A stretch of 64,000 nt of DNA from an uncultured Verrucomicrobiae bacterium (GTDB taxonomy: Bacteria; Verrucomicrobiota; Verrucomicrobiia; Limisphaerales; JAFGQR01). Below the pieces are notes generated by a model. The model did not search any database. It was not told the DNA's origin and saw only the letters and a program-made list of their open reading frames with translations. Positions 43,450 through 54,862 of the stretch are shown here, one piece after another (the stretch's first letter is position 1; the number at the start of each line of letters is the position of its first letter). The DNA lies in NCBI GenBank assembly GCA_963788655.1, contig CAWBHS010000038.1, forward strand, positions 128,001 through 192,000. The letters run 5' to 3'. Made by a program: the position numbers and the translations under genes.

Positions 43450-45418
43450 AAACTGCTTTAAAAATTCTCCCCTGGTTCCTGCTGGCGCTGTTTGGCGCCG
43501 ACATCGTGGGCATGCTCATGCCCAAAAAAGAGGGCGTCTTTCACGTTCAGGAGTTCGGGCGCCTGCCGGTGCTGCTCAATGGACGCATTCAACCGTTCGA
43601 CTCCGTCGGCCGCAACGCGCTGCTGCAGATTCGCGGCACTTCCGACGTGCCCCTGGTCGAGAAGAAGTCCTGGGAATTCTGGAAACATCCGCCCAAGCTC
43701 CGCTCTTCGCAGTGGCTGCTCGAAGTGATGACCCGTCCCGAACAGGCCGATGAACGGCCGATCTTCCTGATCCATCACCCGGAATTGCTGGAAGAATTGA
43801 ACCTGCAAAACCAAGGGATCGAGAAATCCGGCCTGCGCTACTACACCTTCAATGAAATCCGGCCGGTGTTGACGGACATCAACAAGCAAGGCAGTCAAGC
43901 GAGCCAGGTGGAAGCCCCCGTCCGCAATGCCTACCAGAAACAGGCGATCAAACTGGCCAACGCGGTCATGCTTTATCACCGCTTAAAAAACAGCCTGCGT
44001 CCGGAAGGCGTGGATAATTTCTCCCAGGAACTGGCGGATTTTCAAAAAGCGGTTCCGGCCGGGCTGGCCGCCGTCAAAGCGCGGGAAGCCGGACAAAAGT
44101 ATGACGAGCAGGCCTTCAATGCGTTGCTCGAGCCGATGAGCCAGTTCAACGAAATGGCCAACGTGGCTTACCCCTTGATTGTTCCGCTCCAGAATTCCGG
44201 GCACGGACAACGAAAAATGGGTTAATGCGGGCGTGGCGCTCATGGACACCGTTCACACCGGCCACGTTTCACCGGCCATGCAATATCTGGCCACCATGGC
44301 GACGGCGTATCGGCACGATGAGCCGGCAGGGTTCAACCAAGCGGTGCAGGATTACCGGCAATGGTTGGAGCCGCACTTTGCCAAGGAACTGCGCAAGGGT
44401 TATTGGGAGTATTATTACAACACGGCCAAGCCGTTTCTGCACGCGATGATCGTTTACCTCTGCGCCTTCTTGTTGGCGGTCGGGGCTTTGTTGACCATGA
44501 CGTTGTCGTCGAACCTCTCCGAATCGCTCCGGCGTTCGGCCTTTTACCTGGTCCTGCTCGCGGGCGCCGTCCACACTGTGGGCCTGATATTTCGCATGGT
44601 TCTGGAAGGCCGTCCGCCGGTCACCAATTTGTATTCCTCCGCCATTTTCATTGGCTGGGGCGCGATGGTCTTCGGCCTTGGTTTGGAGCGGTTCTTCAAG
44701 CTGGGATTGGGCAGCGCCGCCGCCTCGTTATCCGGTTTTGTCACGCTGATCATCGCGCACAACCTGGCGTTGGGCGGTGATACCATGGAAATGCTGCGGG
44801 CCGTGCTGGACACGAACTTCTGGCTGGCCACGCACGTGGTGGTCATCACGCTGGGCTACTCGGCCACGTTTATGGCCGGATTGCTGGCCATCGGTTACGT
44901 GCTCCTGGGACTGTTCACCCCCGTGCTGTCCACCCAGGTCCGCAAGCTGGAGGTGGGTAAGATTCTTCACAAGATGGTTTATGCCATCATCTGTTTTGCT
45001 GCCCTGTTCAGCTTCGTCGGCACGGTCCTCGGCGGAATTTGGGCGGATCAATCCTGGGGCCGCTTCTGGGGCTGGGATCCCAAGGAAAACGGGGCCTTGA
45101 TCATCGTGCTGTGGAATGCGGCGATCTTGCACGCGCGCTGGGGCAAATTGGTTGGGCGAACGCGGGTTCATCAACATGGCAATCTTTGGCAACATCGTGA
45201 CGAGTTACTCCTGGTTCGGGGTCAACATGCTCGGCATTGGCTTGCACTCGTATGGCTTCATGGACGCCGCCTTCAAATGGCTGCTGCTCTTCATTGCGAG
45301 CCAGTTGCTGCTGATCGGCATCGGGATGTTGCCGCAGAAATACTGGGCCAGCTTCCGCCTGCGCAAAGCGACCAAGGGCACTCCGCCGCATTCCCACGGC
45401 GTATTCGCGAACAGTTAG
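43446..45418 (+). CDS. ccsA: CcsA/ResC cytochrome c synthetase (frameshifts near 44190 and 45155)
   Basis: GRIQPFDS, PPVTNLY, FWLATHV, WWD motif WADQSWGRFWGWDPKE, GLHSYG. Confidence 0.9.
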
Positions 45419-45681
45419 TCTGGTCGGAGATCAGAATCAACCGCTGATCCAAGTCCACATTGCGTGCTCTTAAGCTTGCTCCTGCTCTTGCTTAAGCATA
45501 ACGAGCAAGAGCAAGCTTAAGAGCAAGCGTTGGAGCTGCGCTTGTTTGGGAGAAGTGCGGCCAGGTTAGTGGGATCTGCGTCTTGGCCCGAATCGCATCA
45601 ACGACGCCGCCGACGGTGCCGGATTCCTTTTGACGCTCCCCTCCGCATCCCGTAGTTTCACCCAAAATTTGGATTGATTAC

Positions 45682-48600
45682 ATGATCGGCTTTATCCTTA
45701 AGAAAATCGTTGGCTCCAGAAATGATCGCATCGTTCGCAAACTGCGCCCACTGGTCGCCACCATCAACGAGATCGAGCAGTCCTACCAAGCGCTGTCCGA
45801 TGACGCGTTGCGCCAAAAGGTCGCCGATTGGAAAGCCAAGCTGTCCGCCATCAAGGAGAACGACGAGTTGCGCCGGGAATTGGACGCGCTGTTGCCGGAG
45901 GCCTTTGCGGTCGTCAAGAACACCTGCCGCCGGATGATGGGCCAGGAGATCATCGTGCGCGACCGCCCCTACCAATGGGACATGATCCCGTTTGATGTGC
46001 AGCTCATCGGCGGCATTGCGTTGCACCAGGGTAAAATCGCGGAAATGGCCACGGGCGAAGGCAAGACGCTGGTCGCCACCATGCCCGTGTTACCTCAACG
46101 CGCTGACCGGCCGGGGCGTGCACTGGTCACCGTCAATGATTACCTGGCCGCCCGCGACAGCGAATGGATGGGAGCCGTCTACCGGTTCCTGGGGCTGACG
46201 GTGGGCTGCATCCTGCACGACCAGTCGCCGAATGTCCGCCGCGAGCAATACAACTGCGACATCACCTACGGCACCAACGCCGAATTCGGTTTCGATTATT
46301 TGCGCGACAACGGCATGGCCTCGCGCGCGGAGGAGCAGGTCCAACGCGGCCATTACTACGCCATCGTCGATGAAGTGGACTCGATCCTCATCGACGAAGC
46401 CCGCACGCCGCTCATCATCAGCGGCCCGGCGGTGGTGGCTTCGGACAACAGCGAATACGCCCAATACAAACCGCAAGTTGACGGCCTGGTGCGCGCCCAG
46501 CAGCGGCTGTGCGACCGGTTCCTGGCCGAGGCGGAAGCCCTGATCAAGAAACTGCACCCCGAGGACGGCTCGAATCCGGCCGAACCCGGCGTGGTTGAGC
46601 GCGAGATTGGCATGCTGTTGTTCCGGGTCAAGATGGGCCAGCCGCGTTCGGAAGAACTGCTGCAGCATGCTGGAGCATCCGGAAAATCTCCGCCTGATGA
46701 ACAAGGCGGAACTGGAGCTGCACGCCGACCAGTCAAGAAGACGATCTTTACGCCGAAAAGGAAGAGCTCTTTTTCGCCATGGATGAGAAGAGCCACGAAG
46801 CCGACTTGACCGAAAAGGGCCGCAATCTTCTCAGCCCCGACGATCCGGAAGCCTTCATGCTGCCGGATCTGATCACGGCCTTCCACGAAATCGATACTGG
46901 CCCGGAAGCCGATGTCGCGCAAGCGCCTGGAGCTCAAGACCAAGATGCAGCAGGATTTCGAGAGCCAAGGCGCAACGGATCCATGCCATTTCGCCAGTTG
47001 CTCAAGGCCTACTGCCTTTACCAGAAGGACGTGCAATACGTCGTCCAGGACAACAAGGTGATCATTGTGGACGAGAACACCGGCCGCCTCATGACCGGCC
47101 GCCGTTGGAGCGACGGCTTGCACCAGGCCGTCGAAGCCAAGGAAGGCGTCGAGATCGAGACGCGAGACCCAGACGCTCGCCACCATCACCATCCAGAATT
47201 ACTTCCGGCTTTACTCAAACTGGCCGGCATGACCGGCACGGCCGAAACCGAGGCGGCCGAGTTCCTCGACATTTACAAACTGGGCGTGCTGGTGATTCCG
47301 ACCAACCGCCCCGTGCGCGCGCAAGGACGCCAACGACTCCGTCTACAAAACCAAGCGCGAGAAATACAACGCCGTGCTGCAAGGAGATCCAAGACCATCC
47401 ACGCGCAAGGCCGGCCGATCCTGGTGGGCACCATCTCGGTCGAGGTCAGCGAAGTGCTTTCGCGCATGCTGCAAGCGGGAGGGCATCGTCCATTCGGTGC
47501 TGAACGCCAAGTATCACGAGCAGGAAGCCGAAATCGTCGCCCGCGCCGGCCAGCGCGGGGCCGTGACCATCGCCACCAACATGGCCGGTCGCGGCACCGA
47601 CATCAAACTCGGGCGCGGGCGTCGCCGAAGCTGGGCGGCTTGCACGTGATGGGCACCGAACGGCACGAAGCCCGCCGCATTGACCGCCAGTTGCGCGGCC
47701 GCTGCGCGCGCCAGGGCGACCCCGGCTCATCGCACTTCTTCATCTCACTGGAGGACGATCTGATGCGGTTGTTCGGCTCCGACAAGATCGTCAAATACAT
47801 GGAGAAGATGGGCCTGGAGGAGGGCCAGGAGCTGGAGCACTCCGCTGCTGAACCGCTCCATCGAACAGGCGCAAAAACGCGTCGAGCAGCACAACTTCCA
47901 GATCCGCAAACGCACGCTCGAATACGACGACGTGATGAACAAGCAGCGCGAAGTCATCTACGGCTTCCGCAACGAGATCATCAACGGCGAGGACGTGCGC
48001 GACCGGCTCATGGACATCATGGAGGAAGTCGTCGTCCAGAAGGTCGAGCGAGTTCACGTCTCGCGGAATCCGACCCGAGCGAGTGGAACATGCGCGCGCT
48101 TGGCCGACTGGGTGAACCTGAATTTCCCGCTGGGCATGCCCGGAGGCAGGAAATCGTCGAAGGCTGCCGCAGTCCGGCGACGAAGCGCCGGTGCCAGGCT
48201 CGCTCTTCGACGGCCTGAGCGCCGCGCAGTTTGCCGTCTGCAATTCATCACCGACAGCGTCCGCAAAGCCTACGAGCTCAAGATCAGTTTCGAAGAACCC
48301 GACGCGCTGGCGGCGGTGGAGCGATACACCATCCTCAGCGCCATCGACAAGCTGTGGCAGGAGCACCTCTACGAGATGGACAGCCTGCGCTACAGCATCG
48401 GCCTGCGCGGCTTACGGCCAGCGCGATCCGCTCATCGAGTACAAGGCGGAGGCGTACAAGATGTTCGACGAGTTGATGGTCAACATCAAAGCGGAGATCT
48501 GCCACAACATCTTCCGCAGCGCGTCGAGCCTGATGGCGTTCGAAAACTTCCTGCGCAACGTTGCCGCAGCAGACGATGCACCAATCGACCAGCGCCTTTG

Positions 48601-48781
48601 GCGGCAGCGCACGGCACCGGCCAGTTCCGGCGGCGCCGAACATAAGGCCAGCGACATCGTCAGCGAAGCCGCGGAAGCCGTGGAGAAAGCCAAACCCGTC
48701 CGCACCGGCCCGAAAGTCGGCCGCAACGATCCCTGCCCATGCGGCAGCGGCAAGAAATACAAGCAGTGCTGCGGCCGGTGA
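45682..48781 (+). CDS. secA: Preprotein translocase ATPase SecA (many frameshifts)
   Basis: [63 protein letters not shown] and SEC-C motif [18 protein letters not shown], spread over several frames. Confidence 0.95.
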
Positions 48782-48954
48782 GTTTGCCATAGCTCAGTGG
48801 TTCCTGGGCCATTGCGGTCCCGCAGTCCCTGATTCTCCCCTCCTTCCGCGAAGACCTCCTGATGGTCAAGTTGGACAACGCGCTGCTGGCTCTGCGCCAA
48901 TGCCCCAAGCCTGAAGTAGTCCTGGCTTCTTGTGCTCGGCACAATCGGCATTCT

Positions 48955-49670
48955 GCCTCCTGAAGAGGCAGTTTTTCGTCGTAGCGCTGCTCACCGGCCT
49001 CAAAGAGGCATCCAACTGTGCTGTCCGGCATGAGGGCAAGATCGGAATAAGCTGCTGGACCTTTTAAAATCATATCGGACGTCTGCCATGTCTTGCCGTC
49101 ATCGGTGCTTACAAAAAACCGCAAATCACGGCGGGCCTTTTTATCCCTTCTGTTTTTCGCTGTCCGGCTGGGCGCCAGGTAAACTTGAAGGCTTTTTCCG
49201 CCCTCAATGGGATACCCCAGAATGCTGGCCTGGCATACAGGCTCGGGGACCGCGCCTTCCAGCTTCGCCCGCGACCATGTCTCTCCGCCGTCGTCGCTGC
49301 TTGCATGGGCCCGTCCGTCCTTGGCTGTGTTGTTGCGAATGGTCAAATACACCCTGCCATCGCTCAATTCGGTGGCCATGCATTCTTTTCCATCCGGGCC
49401 GCCTTCCACTTCCTCACGGGTGGTTTGGCCGGTTTTCCAGGTTCTTCCGTGGTCATCGCTGTAAATCACAAAGGATTTGCTCCCTCGCGTATTGTCCTCG
49501 GTGACGCTCTGGCCCGCATAACCGGGCACGAGCAGTCGCCCCTGGTATTTGCCTCTGGTCAGTTGGAGTCCGTGGCCGGGACCGGTCGCATAAAATCCGT
49601 TCTGCTCTTTCCGTTTCAGACTGCCGGTCAGATTGACGGGATGTGTGTTTGAGTCGAATTACGATTTCGC
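48955..49670 (-). pseudogene. C-terminal part of a sialidase (GH33/BNR) gene
   Basis: Asp-boxes YSDDHGRTW, SSDDGGETW, STDDGKTW; AAYSDL; N-terminus absent. Confidence 0.75.
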
Positions 49671-49950
49671 TCAATAGCCCTCCTCTGTTCGCGTCGGCGT
49701 CATCCAAACGGCCTGGCCGCCAGCAGCCCGCAATCGCACATCAAGCGTCGTCAGTGAATCTACTGGATGGGTGTCCACCACCACACGCGTCCGGGTTGGA
49801 GCGGAACGAGCGTCTGAATAAATGTGGGCGACGTATCGCCGGCCTGCCGGAAGAAAAGTTAGCGGCAATTTCAATCCGCGCGGCTCGCCGTTGTTAATGG
49901 TGCCGATAACCCGTCCTCTCCGCGACGCCGGGCGATGGTCGCATACGTTC
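49671..49950 (-). pseudogene. C-terminal remnant of a GH97-like glycoside hydrolase
   Basis: LPLTFL..GRRYVAHIYSD...L.VRLRAAGGQAV. Confidence 0.6.
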
Positions 49951-49982
49951 CCATCCCGGGATTTAACCTGATCTACCGCCCC

Positions 49983-52007
49983 TTAATCCACGCGGTCAGG
50001 CTTGGTCACGGTCACGTGGTCAAATTTGACGGTGGTTGTGACCGTGGGGAGGCGTGAACTGGCGCATAAACCAACGGACAATTCTTGTTTCAGCGGCACC
50101 TTCGCGCTGCCTACTGGCGTCCAAATTTTGCCATCGGAAGAAATGCAACCGGTAATGGTGTCGCCCGTGCGCGTCAGTTTCAGCCAGCAATAACCCGTGA
50201 GGCGACCGTGGGTTACCGTCGGTTCGGAAAAATTCTTACTGACCTGGCGAACGACCGTATTCGCGCCGGCGGAATCGCGGCTCATCAGCCGGACGTTCCA
50301 GCCGGAGGATTGGTCTTTATTGGCGGGTTTCCGACTCAGCAGCAAGGAAACATTGGCGGCATCGGCGGTCGAGGACGCGCGCATCGTAAGGCCAAATTGA
50401 GAAGAGCGCGAACTGGTTTGCGGAACAAAGCGTGCGACCATGGTGCAATTGCCGTTCATCGGGACGTAGGCAAACTGACATTGATCGTTCGTGCCACCGA
50501 TGCCCGCGCCCGCACTTTCCAACTTGAAAACATAGCCGTCAAAATTCGCATCCCCTGCCACCGCAACGGCTCCCACGTCTTGATGCGTCCACGGTTTGGG
50601 CAGGCCGGCGCAAATGGGGGTCGGATATGAATCAGGACTTTCGCCAGACGCATTCAGAGCGGAAACCACATACTGATAGTACCCGCCCGATTGGACTTTG
50701 GTATCCGTGTACGTGGTCGCCTGAATGTCGCGGGCGATGATTTGGTAACCGCCATTTTCTGTCGCGCGTTTGACCGTGTAACTCTCCGCGCCGACGGAGG
50801 CGACCCAAGTGAGTTGGTTTCCCGACGAGGAGCCTTTTGCCATGACCGCCCCCGGCGCAGCCGGCGACGATGGCGTTCGCGTGGGGGCCGCCTTGGAAAC
50901 GGGTTGGGCGAACAGCAATGTGCCGAAGCCGACATGATCCGCAGCCGACCCTCCAGCGCCTTCGGGACGGATCCGTTCCACCACGCGTTGGAGGTAAGGC
51001 ACACTCAAGCCGGCGCGGTTCACGTAGTGATGGTAAATTTGCTCGAACACGGCGCGAAACCCTCCCCGACCTTTCGCCGCAATCCGGGTATGATGATATT
51101 CTCCGGTGCGATCGAGCGTTTCCACAAAGGGAACCTCTTCGCCCAGATTGTATTGGGCCGTGTATTCGAAACCGTTCAACAGCAAGTTGTCTTCGTAGCC
51201 ATAGAGATCGAGTCCCTGATGCCAGGCCATTTCACAACAATCGCCCAGATGCGCGAGCCCGAGCTGCGTGTGCTGCTGGTCGCGTCCGCTTTCCTGGCAC
51301 TGACCGGTGCGGTTGATAATGTAATGCGTTAACCGGCCGTCGCCCGTTCCGTTGACATAATAACGCAGCGCCCGCTCGAACATCGCGCGGTCATTGCAGA
51401 AAATACCGATGGCCATCACGGTCTTTATCGCGGCCGTGTCCCAGTTGCCGTTGGCGAACGGCGCAAAATCCTTAAGGACCGGATAAACGACTTCGCGAAA
51501 ATGTTTTTCCGCTTGTTGAATTTCTGCCGGTGACCAGCCGGCGCCGGTGTAGCGAAGTAGTTCCGCCGCGTTGACCATTTTGAACGGACCCAGCCCCGCC
51601 ATGAGCACGGCGTCACGTCCGGTGATGGACTTCAATTTGGAAGACCAGGCATTGAGGATCGCCTTTGATTTGTTCGCGTACGCGATGTCGCCCGTGATGC
51701 ACCACATGACGGCGCATTGGTAGGCGGCATTGGCGTCCGAATCATACTCCGCTGCGCCGGGGCTCGGGTTTCTGCCCACCCTCGCCCGCGGACCGCGCAT
51801 TCGGTAATCCGACTGCGAGTGCTTGTCGGCGCGGAAAATCTCGTAGCCCGAATAAATGGGCTCCTCCTTCGCCGCCACGGCTATCCTGATGTGGGCAAGA
51901 TCAGCGCGGCTGTGCAGCAGACCGGGATGAACAAACGCAAAATCCGCGCCGACCGGCCGGACCAACATCAGCAAACCAAGCAGTAAGAGAAGTTGCCGGG
52001 AACGCAT
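49983..52007 (-). CDS. Secreted alginate lyase family protein + FN3 + beta-sandwich domain
   Basis: FVHPGLLH, NGNWD, GQCQESGRDQQH; FN3 motif W..S.GA.SY.VKRA. Confidence 0.85.
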   Translation of the reverse strand: MRSRQLLLLLGLLMLVRPVGADFAFVHPGLLHSRADLAHIRIAVAAKEEPIYSGYEIFRADKHSQSDYRMRGPRARVGRNPSPGAAEYDSDANAAYQCAVMWCITGDIAYANKSKAILNAWSSKLKSITGRDAVLMAGLGPFKMVNAAELLRYTGAGWSPAEIQQAEKHFREVVYPVLKDFAPFANGNWDTAAIKTVMAIGIFCNDRAMFERALRYYVNGTGDGRLTHYIINRTGQCQESGRDQQHTQLGLAHLGDCCEMAWHQGLDLYGYEDNLLLNGFEYTAQYNLGEEVPFVETLDRTGEYHHTRIAAKGRGGFRAVFEQIYHHYVNRAGLSVPYLQRVVERIRPEGAGGSAADHVGFGTLLFAQPVSKAAPTRTPSSPAAPGAVMAKGSSSGNQLTWVASVGAESYTVKRATENGGYQIIARDIQATTYTDTKVQSGGYYQYVVSALNASGESPDSYPTPICAGLPKPWTHQDVGAVAVAGDANFDGYVFKLESAGAGIGGTNDQCQFAYVPMNGNCTMVARFVPQTSSRSSQFGLTMRASSTADAANVSLLLSRKPANKDQSSGWNVRLMSRDSAGANTVVRQVSKNFSEPTVTHGRLTGYCWLKLTRTGDTITGCISSDGKIWTPVGSAKVPLKQELSVGLCASSRLPTVTTTVKFDHVTVTKPDRVD

Positions 52008-52029
52008 GCCATGCTTCGGAACTTTCTGG

Positions 52030-52193
52030 TGATTGAAATTGCCGCCGGGACCTGCAAACTGGCCGCGCCGCTCGAACCCAAAGCGGGAATGACCCTCCAC
52101 GGGGCCGGGATGGAAAAGACCATTCTTACCCATTTTCCCGCCTGGAGGCACCGAGATTGCCCACAATCGCTCCGTCCGTATAATCTCGTTTAA
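52030..52193 (+). pseudogene. Fragment of a right-handed beta-helix (pectate lyase superfamily) N-terminus
   Basis: IEIAAGTCKLAAPLEPKAGMTLHGAGMEKTIL. Confidence 0.45.
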
Positions 52194-52200
52194 GGCTGAT

Positions 52201-54072
52201 TCACTGCGCGGGCGCGGATACAGGAAAGCGCTTGATCACGGGGAAGTCGCCCACCAGTTCAAAGATGTATTCCCCGCTCTGACCCGGCCGGCGGATGCGG
52301 ACCTTTTCGACCACCTGGTTGTACGGGTTGCACGCAATCACGAGCAGCGTTTTGCCATCGCCGGAGAGCTTGGTCCGGATTAACGGTTCTTGGTGGAGGC
52401 TCACGTAGCTGGGAAAGCGCTCGTCGCCCGTGCGCCAAACGTTGTTTCTCGAGGTGCGCAGTTCGGGCATCTCCCAAGGCGTGGCGGCTTCGATGATGTC
52501 CCGGTGCTGGCTGGCCTGCCACATGCCGAGGACATGGTAATTGTAAAAGCCAAAGTATTTGACGTAGTAGTTGAGCCAGGTTTCCACCCCGTTGATGGAG
52601 CGCTTAACGATCGGCTCGCGCCTGGTCCAGTCCGAGTAATCCTGAAGTTCCTCGGAGTAGCGCGTGCCGATATCCCAACACTGGAGACCGTCCATCACGC
52701 AGTGGCCGAACAGGGAGAGAGCGTAGGTGGCGGAGGCGGGCACCTGATGTTTGATTCCTTCCCGGCGGGTCTGGCCGTTGACGTCGGTGAAGCGGTATTG
52801 CGACAGCGGATAGCCGTCCACGAACTCGACTTGGATCCACGTGGAAAGAACATTGGGAACCTTCGGACGAGCCAGCTTGCCCTGCTCCCATTCCTGTAGG
52901 AAGGCGTAAAGCTGCGAGGGCTTGGAATTGTTGATCCAATACACCGACGGATTGCCATAGTTGAGATGGCACCGTTTGAAAACCGGGTGCAGGTCGGCGG
53001 CGGGCTGATTATATTTTTCGCGCCATTGTTGGGCGCCTTTGAGATCCACCACGCCGGTGGGCTTGCCTTCCCAACGGCTGTCGAAAATGCGGAAGGAGGC
53101 GCTCAGCACGCCCACGCCCCAGCAGCCAATGAGCACATCCGGCTGGCGGGCGCGCACCTCGCCGATGAGTTTGGCAAAGGCCTCGTATTGGCGATCCTGC
53201 CAGATATTGCTGTAGGGCGCCTCGAAGTCGGGCGTAATAATGGCGCAGGTTTCGGCATAGTGGTGGAACGGCTCGAGGTTCCAATTCTTGGGCTCGGCCC
53301 CTTGTTCCCCTTGGCCGGTGACCCACTCGTTGTCCGTGAACAGATGCGCCCGATGCTCGCGAGTGCCGCGCGAGCCATTGTGGGTCATGGCGATGGGCGA
53401 GATGTGGGTGAATCCAAAATCGAGCATGGGATTCTCGCCGTGGCGATCCTGCTGCCGCGCCTTGGCCGCTCCCTGCCAGAGCGCATATTTTCCCCGCGGC
53501 AGCTTCCAGCCGGACGGAAACCAATCGCCTTCGTCAAAATCATATCCGAGCCGGTTGGTGGGCACATGAAACCAATCGGGCAGCCCAATGCGTTGCTGGC
53601 CGCCCAGGAGCAGGATTTCCTGGTAGTTTTCCTTTACCTCCCAGGGCTTGGCCGGATTGTAAAATTCCACCGTGAGATTGACCGGCAACCCGGCGAACGC
53701 CGCCGGAAAGGTGAAGTCCTTGAGTGGGCCATTCATGGGCGCCCCCATATTCAAGGTCCAACGCTTGCCGCAGCCCGCAACCTTGTAAATGTCCCACGCG
53801 GCGTCGGTCACGGTGAGGCCATCCTCGGCCACGACGCAGCGCATGGCGAGAACCCCCGCGTGGTTGGTGATGCCGTCGGTGAGTTGCGGCCAGAGCTTGA
53901 CGGCGGGCGGCGCCGCCGGCAGTGGGGTGGCTGAGGCGATGAATCCAAACGCGAGCCATCCGCCGATGAATCTGCGAAGAGGGTGCTGGGCCGATTCAAG
54001 CGGCACCGCGTCGGCGATATGGCCGAACCAATGGGAAACCCATGGCCTGGCGCGAACTAGTACGTTGTTCAT
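52201..54072 (-). CDS. Large secreted hypothetical protein
   Basis: 623-aa intact ORF with signal-like segment; rich in aromatic residues. Confidence 0.75.
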   Translation of the reverse strand: MNNVLVRARPWVSHWFGHIADAVPLESAQHPLRRFIGGWLAFGFIASATPLPAAPPAVKLWPQLTDGITNHAGVLAMRCVVAEDGLTVTDAAWDIYKVAGCGKRWTLNMGAPMNGPLKDFTFPAAFAGLPVNLTVEFYNPAKPWEVKENYQEILLLGGQQRIGLPDWFHVPTNRLGYDFDEGDWFPSGWKLPRGKYALWQGAAKARQQDRHGENPMLDFGFTHISPIAMTHNGSRGTREHRAHLFTDNEWVTGQGEQGAEPKNWNLEPFHHYAETCAIITPDFEAPYSNIWQDRQYEAFAKLIGEVRARQPDVLIGCWGVGVLSASFRIFDSRWEGKPTGVVDLKGAQQWREKYNQPAADLHPVFKRCHLNYGNPSVYWINNSKPSQLYAFLQEWEQGKLARPKVPNVLSTWIQVEFVDGYPLSQYRFTDVNGQTRREGIKHQVPASATYALSLFGHCVMDGLQCWDIGTRYSEELQDYSDWTRREPIVKRSINGVETWLNYYVKYFGFYNYHVLGMWQASQHRDIIEAATPWEMPELRTSRNNVWRTGDERFPSYVSLHQEPLIRTKLSGDGKTLLVIACNPYNQVVEKVRIRRPGQSGEYIFELVGDFPVIKRFPVSAPAQ

Positions 54073-54321
54073 AACAGAGGGTCAGACGATGCGAGCCCGT
54101 CCTTTCATTCATAAACTTCCAGTTCGGCCACAGCCATTTGTGTGCCCGGCTGATGTGCCGCATGACACTACCCTCAGCGGCTACGACCAGGGTAATCGAA
54201 CCACCCAACCACAACGCCCCAAGCCGCCGAGAGTCGAGACGGCGAAGCGGTATGGAATTCGACTCTGTGTGGTTGTCATTGCCGGGCAGGATATGGAAAG
54301 CACAGGTTCCCGTCAGGTTTC

Positions 54322-54377
54322 AGTCATTCCCGCTCAGAACGGGAAGGTTGCGGGTGCAAATCCTTCACGCGGCACCA
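54322..54377 (+). pseudogene. 3' two-thirds of a tRNA-Leu(CAG)-like gene
   Basis: TCCCG-CTCAGAA-CGGGA anticodon arm, GCGGG-TGCAAAT-CCTTC T arm, ACGCGGC-A-CCA; no adjacent complementary 5' acceptor strand. Confidence 0.7.
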
Positions 54378-54793
54378 GATTTTGAATTATAAAGGAAGAA
54401 TGAAGATTGCAGAAGACCGAAGTTGTGCAGGGGCGAGGGCGTCCAGCCACCGTTCCATGGGAAATAATTGGCATTCGTCCGCCAGCAGACCGAGCCAAAC
54501 CAGTTTTTGCCGCACGCGGTCATGCCGAACATGCTATGCCCCGCGAGCAGGGCCAGATCGATCAGATATTTGGCTTCGGTCACGCAGGTCGGCAGATAAG
54601 CCGTGGCATTGGGGATGACACGGATCAGGAACCTCAGCAGCGACACCAACCCCACGAAGGGCAGCGCCCCAGACGCCCAGCGCCATTTTCTTTGGAACTC
54701 GACGCGACGCCCGGTCTTCAGGCGAGTCTTTGGAGTTCTCTCATCGCTTCCTGAGGAAGGGGGATTTGTTGATGTTTTTATATGATTTTCCAT
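54365..54793 (-). CDS. Hypothetical membrane protein, possibly a fragment
   Basis: 142-aa ORF with a hydrophobic segment; RBS-like AGGGA upstream. Confidence 0.35.
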   Translation of the reverse strand: MENHIKTSTNPPSSGSDERTPKTRLKTGRRVEFQRKWRWASGALPFVGLVSLLRFLIRVIPNATAYLPTCVTEAKYLIDLALLAGHSMFGMTACGKNWFGSVCWRTNANYFPWNGGWTPSPLHNFGLLQSSFFLYNSKSGAA

Positions 54794-54862
54794 GCTTACT
54801 GATTCCCTGTTAGCGGTAAGACATTTTCAGGATGGATTTAGGGATTGAGCGTTGCAATGGTG

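Noticed and set aside
17065..48781. Programmed frameshifting or pseudogenisation of metG, sdhA, the aminotransferase, ccsA and secA
   Set aside because: Scattered 1-bp shifts across unrelated housekeeping genes are better explained by sequencing error.
48783..48830. tRNA-like 5' sequence GCCATAGCTCAGTGG after secA
   Set aside because: A D-arm-like stem is possible, but there is no 7-nt anticodon loop, T arm or matching acceptor strand.
54140..54150. GTGTGCCCGGC resembling a group IIC intron 5' end
   Set aside because: No recognisable domain V/VI or reverse transcriptase follows; the match is short and GC-rich.
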